Below, in pieces: positions 38,441 through 51,282 of a stretch of 64,000 nt of DNA. Each line of letters starts with the position of its first letter. Position 1 is the first letter of the stretch. The notes beneath the pieces were generated by a model. The model searched no databases, was not told the DNA's origin, and saw only the letters and a program-made list of their open reading frames with translations. This stretch comes from Geosiphon pyriformis uo1. Lineage: Eukaryota > Fungi > Glomeromycota. Position numbers and translations under genes: made by a program. The stretch lies in assembly GCA_016748015.1 (NCBI GenBank), contig JAAOMT010000031.1, positions 400,372 to 464,371 of the forward strand. The letters run 5' to 3'.

Positions 38441-38879
38441 GCAATATATTGTATTTTATTATTAAAATTTATGAAATTCATAGTATTATTATTAGTTTAA
38501 AAATACTAATAAATAAGTATTTCATCAAATAAATTATTTTTATTGGATATTTAAAGTAAGTATTTAAAAAAAATTAATTATAATATTATTTGGATTATCT
38601 TCGGTTCTAACGAGTAATCCTTTTATCTTGTTTGAAAATCATGTATTCAACTTCATCAATTGAAATGCAACTACACCTCGAAGAAGCAATCATTGTAATT
38701 AAAAAAATTTACCATTTTTTTTTTGAGCTATAATTATTGAAAAGTTTTATTAGTGAGAAAAACATCTTGAGCACGATCAGAAAACACTTGAATATTTATT
38801 CCACTGCTTAAATAATGAAATTTCAAAGCGTTCAATAGACCATGCTTTTCTTTAGATTATGGGATTGAAATAATTTTTG

Positions 38880-39400
38880 ACTCAACAGAAGCATTTTTGG
38901 AATTTTAGAAAGCAGTGAATGCAGAAGATTTTCTTGGAAAGTCCTTTTAGGTTGTTGTTGTTACAGCAATGGATTAGGAACAATGAAAAATGAGGAAAAA
39001 GCATTTGAACTCTATTCAAAAGCAGCAGAGGCGGGAGATACAAGAGCACAATATGATCTTGGAAATCGTTATTTAAATGAAAGGGGAACAATAAAAATGT
39101 GGAAAAAGCATTTGAACTCTTCAAAAGCGGCAGATTTGGGAATTTTAATTGCGCAAATCAGTCTTGGAACTTTGTTAGTATAATGAAAATCCAAGTCTAC
39201 TAAACAAACTTGGAACATGTTATTAAAATGGATGGGAAACTACCAAAAATCTTGAAAAAGGAATCAAACTTTATTCAACAACAGCTTAACAAGAAAATAC
39301 AAGTGCAGAATAAAACCTTGGTTGGTGCTATTAAAATGGATGGGGAAAACCAAAAACCTAGGGGAAGCATTTCAACTTTATTTAAAAGAGAGGCAAATAA
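38880..39400 (+). pseudogene. Sel1-like repeat protein fragment
   Basis: KNEEKAFELYSKAAEAGDTRAQYDLG plus further frameshifted Sel1 repeats. Confidence 0.75.
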
Positions 39401-39639
39401 ATTAAGTTATCTAATTGATTTTCCTGGTTTGAATGATTATAAAATCACTTTATAGAATCAAGATAATTTGGAGTGTTTTATTTTGGCATTTCCAAAATCG
39501 AGGTTTTAAATGTTTAAATAATTCTAAACTTGAATTTTTAGATTTTGAAGCTTTCTTTAACCAGCTTTCAAACGGCTTAATCATTAGTAGATCTCTATAT
39601 GTCTATTTTGTGATACTGACGAAAGTGAGGATATCTTTG

Positions 39640-40190
39640 TAGCTGGGTTGTCGAAATGTCTAGAATGCTATAGCAAATTAAAAGATCCACTTTGGTTTAA
39701 ATCTTGTGAAAAATTCACAATTTTCAAAGGTTTCGAGTACATGAAGTAGTTAAATGATAATAATAATCGGTATATATATCATATAACCCGAATTTTTGAA
39801 AGCTGCTTGGAATGGATTTCTCTCGATGAGACCGTATTTTTAGATAAGGTGAGGATGGGAGGGTTTACTGTTGTTCAAAAAGGTAGATTGAAGAGAGGAA
39901 GAATTCTATTTTGGGACGACAAAAATTAAAAGCATGAACTAAGTGGGGCTTACGAAAGTTGCTTTGAAATGTCTTAAAGACAGTCAAAATATTAAATATG
40001 TTAATTCAAATGAAGCATTTCCTTTTATAAAATTTATATGATATTTATTATTCTAATTTCCTTTTCTAACACTAGAAAACGCATTGAAATAATATATCCT
40101 TGAATGCTATGGAATAACAAAAGATGTTATAACTAATAAATTTGCTATGGTTTTGCCATTTATGGAACACGGAGACCTTAAAGCTGCTCA
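39640..40190 (+). pseudogene. Tyrosine-kinase-like protein kinase N-lobe fragment
   Basis: CLEC...WFKSC, LEWI, GGF, VALKCLKDSQNI, an intron, then LECYGITKD...MVLPFMEHGDL. Stops and frameshifts are present and the C-lobe is missing. Confidence 0.7.
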
Positions 40191-41289
40191 CGACAACTGT
40201 AACTTAAATGAACTTCTCTGTGAAAAACGATTTAATTCCAAGAAGATTCAAAGTGTTAACTGTGATACAACAAGTTATAAAAGTCAATTAAATCTCGAAA
40301 CTTTCCAAAAGAGAAATTTCTAGTTGGCTAGAGTCTACATATTCTGCGAACGGTAAGGCTCCCATTTATTATATTTAATATTTATGAATTTTTCTAATAT
40401 AAAGACCTTTTTTTTCAGAGCTACTTTATGCCAATAGCTTTGATGAATAGTATATTCACAAATCATAAACTATTATTATTTCCTTTAAGATACTAATCCT
40501 TTTATCAAAATAAATTTTGAAAATCCCAAAATAAAAATGATAATTAAAGTTAAGTAAAAAAATTGAATTTTACTTGCCATTTTATTTTTTGGATTAAATT
40601 CCGAAATATCCAAATTCCAATTTGGTTCTGAATATATATGTAAATATGTATTTTGAGAAAAATTAACTGTATTTTCAATGAAAAATCATAAGTCTCACAT
40701 CATTTTTAAAAATGTTCTCTCTAAGAAACGATAAAAGAAGTTTTCAAAAATTATAATTTGAAATCAATTATTTCCTTTGGGCTTAATTGTTTTTACATTG
40801 AAAAATTCAAATTGTTTTGTGAATTCAATTTTCATTTGAGTTTATAAAAAAATTTTTGGGAACGGCAAGCTATATTCGAGAATTAGAGGAGAATTTTGTG
40901 TTAAAATCAATCAAAGAATTATTGCCAAGTAAATTTCAAAATACATGTATTCAAAAAATGGTTCAATCCCAGTAGTTCATCGTAGATCACATTTGAGCCC
41001 TAAATTTTCCCAAAATGTTACTTCCAATGACGAAATTGTTTTTTTTAATAAACATCCCCAAAGGCTGAAACTTGGACTCGCAGCCACAGCAAAGTAAATC
41101 CATTGTAGTAAGTCTAGCACTTTATTGAGTTAAAAGGTGGAGGAAACAAAAAACCCAAGTGATCAGCCAAAATCCGGAAACAAGATGTCAAAATTATACA
41201 ACTTTCAAAAAAATAAATTCATCTAACCATCACGGGAAATGAAAAAACGAAAGGTTAATACATTATTCAACGATTTTTACGTGAAGGTA

Positions 41290-41560
41290 AATATAAATGG
41301 CTAAAAGTCAAATGTATGAGGCTGATTTTATGATTACAATATAAAACGGGTTTCTTCCATCTGTTGATATGCTTTTTGGGAAAAATTCTAGTGATTGGAT
41401 CTTGCAAGAGGATGATGATCCAAACATTGTTCAAAAAAAGTGACCTGTTTGAAGGATGAAAATAATGTAAATTTTATCTTAAGGGCATCAATGTCACTTG
41501 ATCAAAATCTAATTTAAAACATTTAGAAGTTGATGAAAATTAATATATTCTAACCGTCTA
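41290..41560 (+). mobile_element. Tc1/mariner transposase remnant
   Basis: WILQEDDDP(KH) followed by a decayed SPDLNPIENxW motif (SMSLDQNLI*NI*K). Confidence 0.65.
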
Positions 41561-42458
41561 ATAAATCTAAACCATCGTAAGAAAAAAGACTTGCAGCCCC
41601 CGGATCTTGCTGATATGTATTTATTCAATATTAAACTTTTGGGTTTAAATTAAATAATCCTAATTTTTTACGTTTATTTTAACCAAACAAGCTTTTAATT
41701 CTAATCAGGGGATTTATGCATTAAATGTTAAAAATCCCTAATGTATTCATGATAACGTTGATTTCGGAAAAAAGGAAACCACAGGAATTTTTTCTGATAC
41801 GAAGGCTTCTAACTTATGATGGGTTTGGATTTCAATGAATCCAGTTTCCTCTGGCACTTTGTGTCAAAATATTTATTCGATCTTTTGCGATATATTTTTA
41901 GTTTTTACCATGTTACATATTGTATGAATTTATAAACCCCCAAAAAATTATTTTACTAATATTGCATGCAGTTTAAACCCTTTTATAGAAATTTCTCAAA
42001 TGGAATAAATTTTAAAGTTTAAAATTGAGGGTTTCATACAACTCAATTATTACTTTTTTCTCATTTGACTACCCTAGTGGTTTGTTGGTCAAAGACAAAC
42101 TCTTTGGCGATCTCATTTCGAAATTATTTGAGGTGACAATTTCAAAATTAATAAAAATAACAGCTTATTATTCAGAAACCAAAGCATTGTCTAAAAATGA
42201 ACACATGATATCAATCCTTAAAAATATCCATAATCTTTTTAAAGATTTTTTAAAAGCTTAAGGCAAAGACTGGATAGCATAAAATAAAATAGCTAATCTA
42301 AAAGGAAGTGATGATTGTCAATACCTTTAACCAGGTCTACGTTATTTGACAGCTAAAGATCTGATAGGAGTTAACTGGTTTCCATACATCTGTTACCGTT
42401 TTCTTATATAAAATTATAAATTTGATTTGATTAAATACAAAATCAAATCACTATTTGA

Positions 42459-42521
<63 letters not shown>
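42459..42521. repeat. (AAT)n microsatellite
   Basis: About 21 perfect units. Confidence 0.95.
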
Positions 42522-42522
<1 letters not shown>

Positions 42523-43140
42523 TTAATTATGAGAGCAGGGCAAGATTAAATTGGACAATATTGTCTCAAATCCAATGCGGTCAATACAACTAAAGATTGG
42601 TCTTCCAAAGAATTTGGTAACTGCAAATAAGGTTGGAACCTCGAGTATTTCCAGAACCATTCTAATTACAAGTCACAACTGCTTTATCCGAAGCCTCTTT
42701 GGGTACGAGAGAACAATAACGGCATTAGTATTTAAAATCAATAATTTTTTTAAATGTCTAATATTAAATAGCAAGGAATATACCAACAGATATTCAAGAA
42801 AATGAGCATAGACAAATTTATATTTTACACAGTTCGTGTAGATTCTTAAAACTCGGGTTCAGCCCGGATTATGAGGCGTGTTTATCACTTTTATCATCAG
42901 CCCAGATTCTGTGGCAGTGTCTTTATGAAGTGCTGTGTTGTTTTAAAATTTCGGATTCACACGCTGTTAAGCCATAGTTTTATAAAGTTATGGGCTTTTT
43001 GTGGGGGAATTTATTAAGATTGTGAAAATATTTGAACCGTTTTTTTTTAAGGTAAACATTGATTGCATATTTCTATTATAGGATTAAATTTAATCTAAAG
43101 AAAATATTGTAACATAAAAATGAAGAGGAAATAAGCAAAG

Positions 43141-45109
43141 ATGATTTTTATGTTTCGTGCTCAACGGAACGTGGTAAGTTTTTAAAAAGTAAAAAAAAAC
43201 CTTGAATTTTTACACGATTCATTTTTAATAGTGTTGAATATTTCTAATAATTTTTACCCCCAGTTCCAAGAACCAAAACTGTTTTATTCAACACGAGTTG
43301 TAACAGCAACAATAGTTTCTCTGCTATATTCGTTATATTTGCTTTTTCTAGGATATCAAATATGGACAGATATGCCAATGCTTCAACTTGCACGAGAACA
43401 CATTCCTTTTGTAAAAGCACCAGGTAATAAAAACCTCGTTACTATATCAAAGAAAATTAATATTAAAAATAATTATTTTAAAATTTCATTAAAACATCAC
43501 AAATTAACGAGAGGTATAATTCATTTTATAATTACAGATATTGAAATGTGTGGTTATGGTACTGACATACAAATTGCAAGATGTGACTTTACATGGAAAA
43601 ACTGGACTACAGAAATATTCGATAACTGTGCTCATCCAAATGGAACAACATGGATCATAGCTGGTCCAAAGATAAATGAACAAGATTTCTGTTACTTATT
43701 TAGCGGAAACGACCATTTGTTCTTTGGGGATAAATATCATGAAAAAAACTATTTGCAAAGATTAAGCTTTTACTTCAAGTTCAAGAATGCAACAGCCTCT
43801 GAAAGGCTAACTATTTCTGTTCCCGTCGTGGCGGTTAGTAAATTACTTTTGTTTTATTCCCAAGTTTTCGATTTGAAACGAGATGCAAAGTTTACAAATA
43901 TTGATTCTTGATATATATATAGGGACAATTGTTAGACCCTGATTTCAATCCAATTTGGAATAAGACAAAACTAGCTACTGAAGGGGTATAAATAAATGGA
44001 TAAAGTTTTTTTAATTTTTGTTCGAAAAAAAATCAATACCTTTGAATTTCATATATTGTTTTAGAGGGAAGCTGCCTATAATGATTTCAAGTCACAATCA
44101 AATAATTTTGGTGGAGTTCTCAACCAAACGACTATCGTATGTGAATTAAGTTGAAAAATTTTAACTTTAAATTTCTTTTTGCATGTTTTCCCTCACTGAA
44201 TTTAATTTATTTGTTTTTTATAGGTGAAAATGACTGCGATCAAATTGCAAGAAATAAAACCAGGCGACTTCAAAAGTATTTTAGGACTCAGACCTGATTA
44301 CATCAATAGCACAATAATAAGTCAAAGTTCGATCTATTATCCATTACATGAGAGTGATCAATTTGGTCCTGATAGTCAGTTCAGTGGAAATTTTCAGGTG
44401 GAAGTGGGTAGTTTTACAATTGTAGTGCTGACTGAGAAACGGTGAGTTTATGGAAATTGCTTTTGAGTACTATTATAAACGAAGTGAGCTCTTTTACTAA
44501 CTCTCAGATAGGGTGAAAACAATGCTTGGATCCCTTGGTGTTGCTGGTGGTGCTTTCGGTAATTATGAATTCATATTTGGGTGGTGGTAGAGGTTCATTA
44601 TAATGATATTTTAAAACATTTAATCTCCAAATCAATTTCAAATTCAGGCATAATTTGCACAATATATTTTTCTCTATATGGCGATCGAAAAATGCAACCC
44701 TGGTAATCTTTTTTTTCATATAATAAAATTCAAAATACATTTAATGTTACTAACAGAGATATTAATTAATTTTCATCTCCCTATATACATTTATCTTCTG
44801 ATGTTAAACTATCTTAGGGGTCTAATGCATCGTATGATTAAATCTGAAGTAAGTCGTTTTGGACAAATGCCTAATGTACCCCTAATATCCCCCATTCGCG
44901 GAAAAGCAAGCGAAGAACTAACAACGGATGAAAGAATGGCGCGTATGGAAGATCGATTTCAAGAATTAGAAGGCTTTTTATCCGACTACGTGATTGATAC
45001 AACAGCATTAAGACTTTTAAGCAAGAATCAAAACAGTATCGATAGTCACCACGACGAGATCCATCTTATTGATCATGGTTTGGAAGATGGGAAAAAGAGA
45101 ATCCTTTGA
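43141..45109 (+). CDS. Two-transmembrane protein with large extracellular loop, 411 aa, 9 exons; possible DEG/ENaC/PAC-like channel
   Basis: Exons 43141-43173, 43264-43423, 43538-43833, 43923-43985, 44065-44136, 44224-44441, 44512-44558, 44648-44702 and 44818-45109. All introns are GT-AG and phase-consistent, total 1236 nt. TM1 VVTATIVSLLYSLYLLFLGY; TM2 region MLGSLGVAGGAFGIICTIYFSLYG; C-terminal coiled-coil-like tail. Confidence 0.85.
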
Positions 45110-46314
45110 ATTTAAATCGTTGTAAGTCTTCTGGGAGGTGGATAATGCCTCAAATTTCTTTCTTTCAACTTTTTAACCGTCATTTTAAAACATTTTCATT
45201 TAGGAATTCCCAATAATTTATTTTCACTGATTTTTGTAAAATTTCATAGATAGTAATTTAACTCGATTAATGTAAACTCCAACATTTTTTGTTTGCAAAT
45301 TTTCAAAATGTAAGCTACATTTCATTTCATATGTATAATGAACAGAGATGATTAAAATTATTTCATAAAATAAGAAAATTTCCAATAACGTTCCATCATC
45401 TAATCCCCTATCGAATGGAATTTGTTTTTATTGTAAGGTAATAAGAAATTTTGAAATTAAAATTAAAATAGCAAGCTATTTTAGAATTTCCAATGAATTT
45501 CTTGGGAGATATCGTAAAGTGAAATTAGGAATATGAAAATTATAAAAATTATAAAAACTCTATATTTCTTAATCTTGGGGCATGACCACGTTTTCGCATT
45601 AAATAAGTGATATTTAAAGAATAAAATTAATATCATGATTAAAATAAATAAATAAAGGCAATGACATATAATATTATACTAAAATATATTTTTAGTCCAA
45701 CATTGTATGTCAATACCTAAATAAATAATAAATAGTAAAAAAGTGGTTTAGAAATTACGGTGTCTACCAGGGCTTTACTTTGTTGTCTCCAAACAATAAA
45801 ATATACAAAGCCTATTATTTTAGAAATATGATTTTTAATTATTAAAAATATTTCATCAGGGACGAGATTATTATATTTGTATTGTAGATTATGAGATTGC
45901 CAAAAATAATTAGAGTTTTTATTAAATAATTCTCTTGCAAGATCAAACGTGTGCGAATGCTTAATAAAATTTTATAAAATGGCATTTATATTTTTTCCAC
46001 GTAATGCCAATAACTGCTAAAAAATATGAATCATTAAATGTAAACTGAAGAATGGGGTGCAATGGAAGGAAATGAAATTGGCTTTTCATTATAGACCATA
46101 GAACAAATAGATCGATCATTATTCATGTAAAAAATTTAAAAGTGTGTGAATGAATTATATGCAAGTGTCTTTTGGTAAAATTACCCCTCACTTCAAAGCG
46201 GATCTCAAATTGAGAGAGAATACTAATTTATAATTTTACATTTCCAGGATCTATCTCACAATCTTTGCTTACATTTTTCCCGGATATAGAATATTTTTAC
46301 AGCTTAAAGCTTTT

Positions 46315-46316
<2 letters not shown>

Positions 46317-46367
<51 letters not shown>
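46317..46367. repeat. (ATT)n microsatellite
   Basis: About 17 units. Confidence 0.95.
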
Positions 46368-49300
46368 TGAATATGAGTCAATTGTACGATAGGAGAAACG
46401 AAAATATAAATCAAAAAATATTTTGAATTTTTTATAATTTCAAAAATTTTGATCGAAAAAAATCAAGTCTCAGTTATACAAATTTTAATTTTTATATAAT
46501 AATTTGAAAATTGAAAGTGAAAACAAAATTTAAATCAATCATATGTTCAATTCAAAAGGATAAAGAAAAACTTTTAATATTTTAAATGATTTAATTTTTT
46601 TATAATAATAAAACCGTTTTTCATATGAATAAAATATATATATATATATATATATATAATATTCTCAATTCCTCGTTATATTTTATATATATATAAAAAT
46701 TATTAAAAATGAATAAATTAATTTACATATTTATAAACCATGTACATTATAATCAAAATAAAATAAAATAAAAATGATATTTTTTTTATAAATAGATATA
46801 TACTTTTATATATATATATATATATATATTTATCGAAATTTTGTTAAAACCATTGAACAAAAAAAAAAGATTTTCTTATTGTTTATTAATCTTAAAAATA
46901 AATACATAAATTAATTTGTTTTAATAATTTTGTAAATTAAAACTTTTTTGTATATATATGATATTTGTATTTGATTTTCCTTTTAAGAAACATAACATAT
47001 AATTACATATACTATAAAATAAGATTTAAAAAAATCAAAGTCGAATATAAAAAAATTATTTTATAATGTTTTAATCACTAATCACGAAAAATAAACATAA
47101 AATAATATCCATTTTAGATGTAAAGTTTAAAATATTATTTTTTTTCCTATTTTTGAAAATTTTTTTTTATTAAAAAAATACATGTATTTAGATAGATAGA
47201 TAGACAGATAGATAAATATATATATTTATATTATTAAATACATTATAATCCAAAAAATATTTACTTTTTTTTAAAGTTGATTTTTCATTTAAAATTATAT
47301 TTATTATTTATTAAATATGTAAATATCTATTTTCAATTATTATTTTATTATGTAACTCATGTTATATTTAGATAAGTTTGAAAATATATATATTATTTCA
47401 AAACATGATTTTTAAAATTGATATCTATGAATATAACTATAAAATTATTCTATTAATAAAAAATTGAACATTCAAAATATTTAAAATATTTAAAATATTT
47501 ATTTGGTGAAAAGGTAAAAAATCAAAATTTTTGAAATTAATATGAGTCATTTGACAATGTCTCATAAAAGCAAATCATTTAGCTCGAGGTGAATGACGAA
47601 TAACTTTTAGATTTTTAAACCCTTTGGAATTTCTTTGAAAAAAAAAACAAAATATTAATTATAATAGATGAAATGCTTTAAGAAAATTTTGAAATTATAA
47701 TTGTTAAGTTGAAAACTTTTCCTAAACTTTTGGCCTTATCAATTTTTGTATAATAAATTTAAAAAGTTTGTTTTTTGGATCAACATTTTCTGAAGTAACT
47801 CGATATATTATATTGACAATTAGGGGGACAAGTGGCCCAAATATTAAACATAGTTTCATGATCGAGAAATATTTTGGATTTTTATTTTTACTTTGATTCC
47901 TCAATTTAGTTGTAACTTAATTAAACAATATGGGGATCTGATAAATGTTTTTTTTTAGCTAGTCCTGTTTGTTTCGTTTAATTCTCTTCCGATGATAAAG
48001 TTATTTAAGGGATAAATTTGCGTATCACAGGTGAAAATAGACGCAAAAAAAAGATCACAATGTAAAAATTTTAAAATTTTGACTCTAAATAACATCAATA
48101 TTTTCCCTCCCTGGGAAACCGTATCTTAAAAAAAAAAAAAAATTTATCTTCCCACAACCAAAATCGTAATGTCAATGATACTAAATTTTACAAAGGATTC
48201 TGAAATGGTAGCAATTTTCAGGCAAATGGCTTAATGTTAAAAGATTTTTACTTTTTGATTTCTCAAATAAAAATTGATTTGCCAATTTTCAAAAATGGTA
48301 TAATTTAATCATAATGTATTAAATTAATATTTTGAACGTTCACAGTTTGTTTTTTGGAAAAAATTTAAAATTTAAAAAAAAATAGTTATTAAAAAAGTGC
48401 CAAATAAATAAGATATTATATGTATTGAAGATAAATTTCTTAAAATTAATCTATATTATAAAATTAAATATTGTAAAATAACCTTAAAAAGAATTTTATT
48501 TATTTATTAAATACAAATTTAATAAAATATAAATGAGTCTTTTAATTTTACATATTAACATATGAATTTTTTTAAACTGATTTTAACTTTAAACTGATAA
48601 ATATAAATATAAATATAAATTATTATTATTATTATTATTATTTTTGCTGTTGTTGTTGTTGTTGTTGTTTTTGTTATAAAAGAGTATAAAAATAATTGAA
48701 TCATAAAATAAAATAAATAGCTGATTAAAATAATTTAAATTTTACATACTTTTTATAATAATTTAAGCTTATACATGATTTAGTTTTTGATTTTCAAAAC
48801 CAATTACAAAATTATTTTTTACCAACTTATAAAAAAAAAACATGATAATTAATCTTATGTGTCTTTTTTATGTAATTTAAAAATATGCGCACTCACATTT
48901 TATCCCAGACTTGTTAAATGTGATTAAATTCTATCAGTTTTAACAGATCCAGTTCTGATATAAAATTTTTATTCAATATAACAATTGACTGAATAATTGC
49001 AATATTTAAACAATTGCATTTCGGTTTCTAATAAAAGTGGTTTCTTCCGTTTGTTTGTTTGTTTGTTTTTTTTTGGTCACAAAATTGAAAGGAAGAACTT
49101 TATATATGTATATATATGAAAAAATGAAAATTCGCATAACGCGTCAATATATTTGTTCTTTTTTCTTTCATTCAAACTTCCCTATTTATATATTTCTTCT
49201 CATTTTCTTGTTGTCATAATGTGCTGATGAGGGAGGGTATTATCAAAAGAAAAGGTTGTCTTGAAGCAATATGCCAATTTTTACACATTATTCTGCTTCT

Positions 49301-49479
49301 AATTTATCTTTTTAGTTAGCATCAAGCAAACTAATTTATTCTAACATGCTGAATTTTAAATAAGAATTTTGGGAGCTGAAGAAAATAATTATTAATTTCT
49401 ATAAATTATTTTACCCGTTACTTTCAAAAGAAAATTTTCTATCGAGAGATTTAATATTTTTCCTTGAGCTCTATCTTTA

Positions 49480-50913
49480 TTAATTATTTTTACAATCATT
49501 GATCGTGACCCCGAAATAAGGGCCCCAATGTGCAGCTATCCTTTCTTCTTGGGATCCACTCTGACCAAAATTGCATTCCTTAAAAGAAAAGAGAAGATAA
49601 ATTTGAAAATTTAGCTCTTAAGGTTCTACCCTTCTAATTTCAAAAAAAAATCAATATGAAAAAGAACTTACATTATTGTCCGAAAGTTTTAATGTGGGCG
49701 AAGAGTAATCATATACTCGAGGACATCGATAAAGTTGGTATTCATATGAAAATTGATCACAGTCACAGCCTATTTTGGAAATCCAGTATTCCATATCGTG
49801 ATGTCGATAATTTGATTGAGCGACTTGAGGAACATAATCACTTGTGTGGGTAACGCGAAATACTGTCAGCTTTTGATTAACTTGATTTGCGAATGAGGAG
49901 AGACCCAAACGAGGCTGGCCAAATGTGATTACCCTAACCATTATTGAATCCAATAAAGTTTTATCCCATGAGACTGATTTCTCTAAGGCTAATGCCGACA
50001 ATACAGCATAGGCTTTTTGGTGATGGTGGTGGCGATGGTAGTGGTAGAATAAACAAATATTTTAATCGTAAAACATTCAAATAAATTTTTACATCAAGCC
50101 CATACCTCCACCGATTCCGTGACCAACCATATCAATTCTCTTAACTTCAAGATTATTAATCGGTTCAAGTTGCAAAAGATTTTTTATTTCTTTACACAGG
50201 CCTGGCATCATTTTGTTAACTTCTGAGATCCAATCACTGTCAACCATTCCTGAAGTATTATTTTGCTTATATGAAGTTAATGAAAGTTTTCTTTGAAACC
50301 ATTGATTCCAAGTTAATTCAAGTCCTTTGAAGTAGACTATGATGGTATTGGTTTGGGTATCAATTTTTGCATTCACTAAATAATTCGAACCCTTCGAATT
50401 AATTTTTAGAAAAGGAAAAAAAATTGTATAAAACAAAAATTTTTGTAATTTATTTACCAACAGCTCCTCTCACCACTTTTCCAATTTTATTAATGGGAGA
50501 ACAATAAGCGGTATTGGCATGATGAGCCATTCGTTGCAAGAAGTTCCACAAATCTGTGTTCACAGAAATAAGCTCTTTTTTGGGAGACGAAGATGAAAGA
50601 TCATATTCATTATGAGCTAATGGTTGGTTTTGTTGAAAGTTTCTTCGATCAATTGTTTTGAGCTTGCTTTCTATTTGATCTTTGTTAGTAAGTTTATCGC
50701 TCCACGATTCTAATTTTTCAATTGTTTTAAGATCATCTATTATTTGGGAACCTTGGACTCTATCTGACTTTCGACTGATACCAAATAAGTTTTTATCATG
50801 AAATACTGCCCCTATGCAGTGGTTCGAATCAATTTTTACTTTGAGCATGTCTTTTAAACTCCCAATTAAACCAAAAAATACGATTTCTAAAACAACGAAT
50901 AAAGATAATAAAG

Positions 50914-50952
<39 letters not shown>

Positions 50953-50977
50953 TTGGCCTTTTCTCCAGTATAAACAT
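49480..50977 (-). CDS. Secreted class-3 lipase homolog (409 aa) with Gly in place of the catalytic Ser
   Basis: Exons 50977-50458, 50375-50106, 50012-49672 and 49578-49480, GT-AG and phase-consistent. Motifs AYC, IVYFKG, VGHGIGGAYA, TFGQPRLG, RVTHTSDYVP, EYWI, AHWGPYFG. Hydrophobic N-terminus. Confidence 0.88.
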
Positions 50978-51245
50978 TTTTAAGGCTCAATTCAAAAATT
51001 TAGAGATAAATAATTTTTGTTCTACAATTCGAATCATGAGCTAGAGGTAAAAATTCTATGTTTTATAATGAGATATTTATGTGAATTTGCTAATGATCAC
51101 TTCGACGGGGTAAACGTTTGGATACCAATGAAAAGGTTCTAGATCAATATTAAATTCCGATAAAAGATTCTAGATTAATATATTTATTTATTTTTATTTG
51201 CTCATGATATGAAGAAATTGAATAAATTTCATAAGAAATTTATTC

Positions 51246-51282
51246 GAATCAAATCGAATCAAATCAAATCAAATCAAATCAA
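51246..51282. repeat. (AAATC)n pentamer repeat
   Basis: gaatcaaatcgaatcaaatcaaatc..., about 7 units. Confidence 0.8.

Noticed and set aside
47560-48300. DNA-transposon terminal sequences here and at about 56970-57300, and their short ORFs
   Set aside because: No paired TIRs or TSDs were found within the window, and the ORFs have no recognisable motifs.
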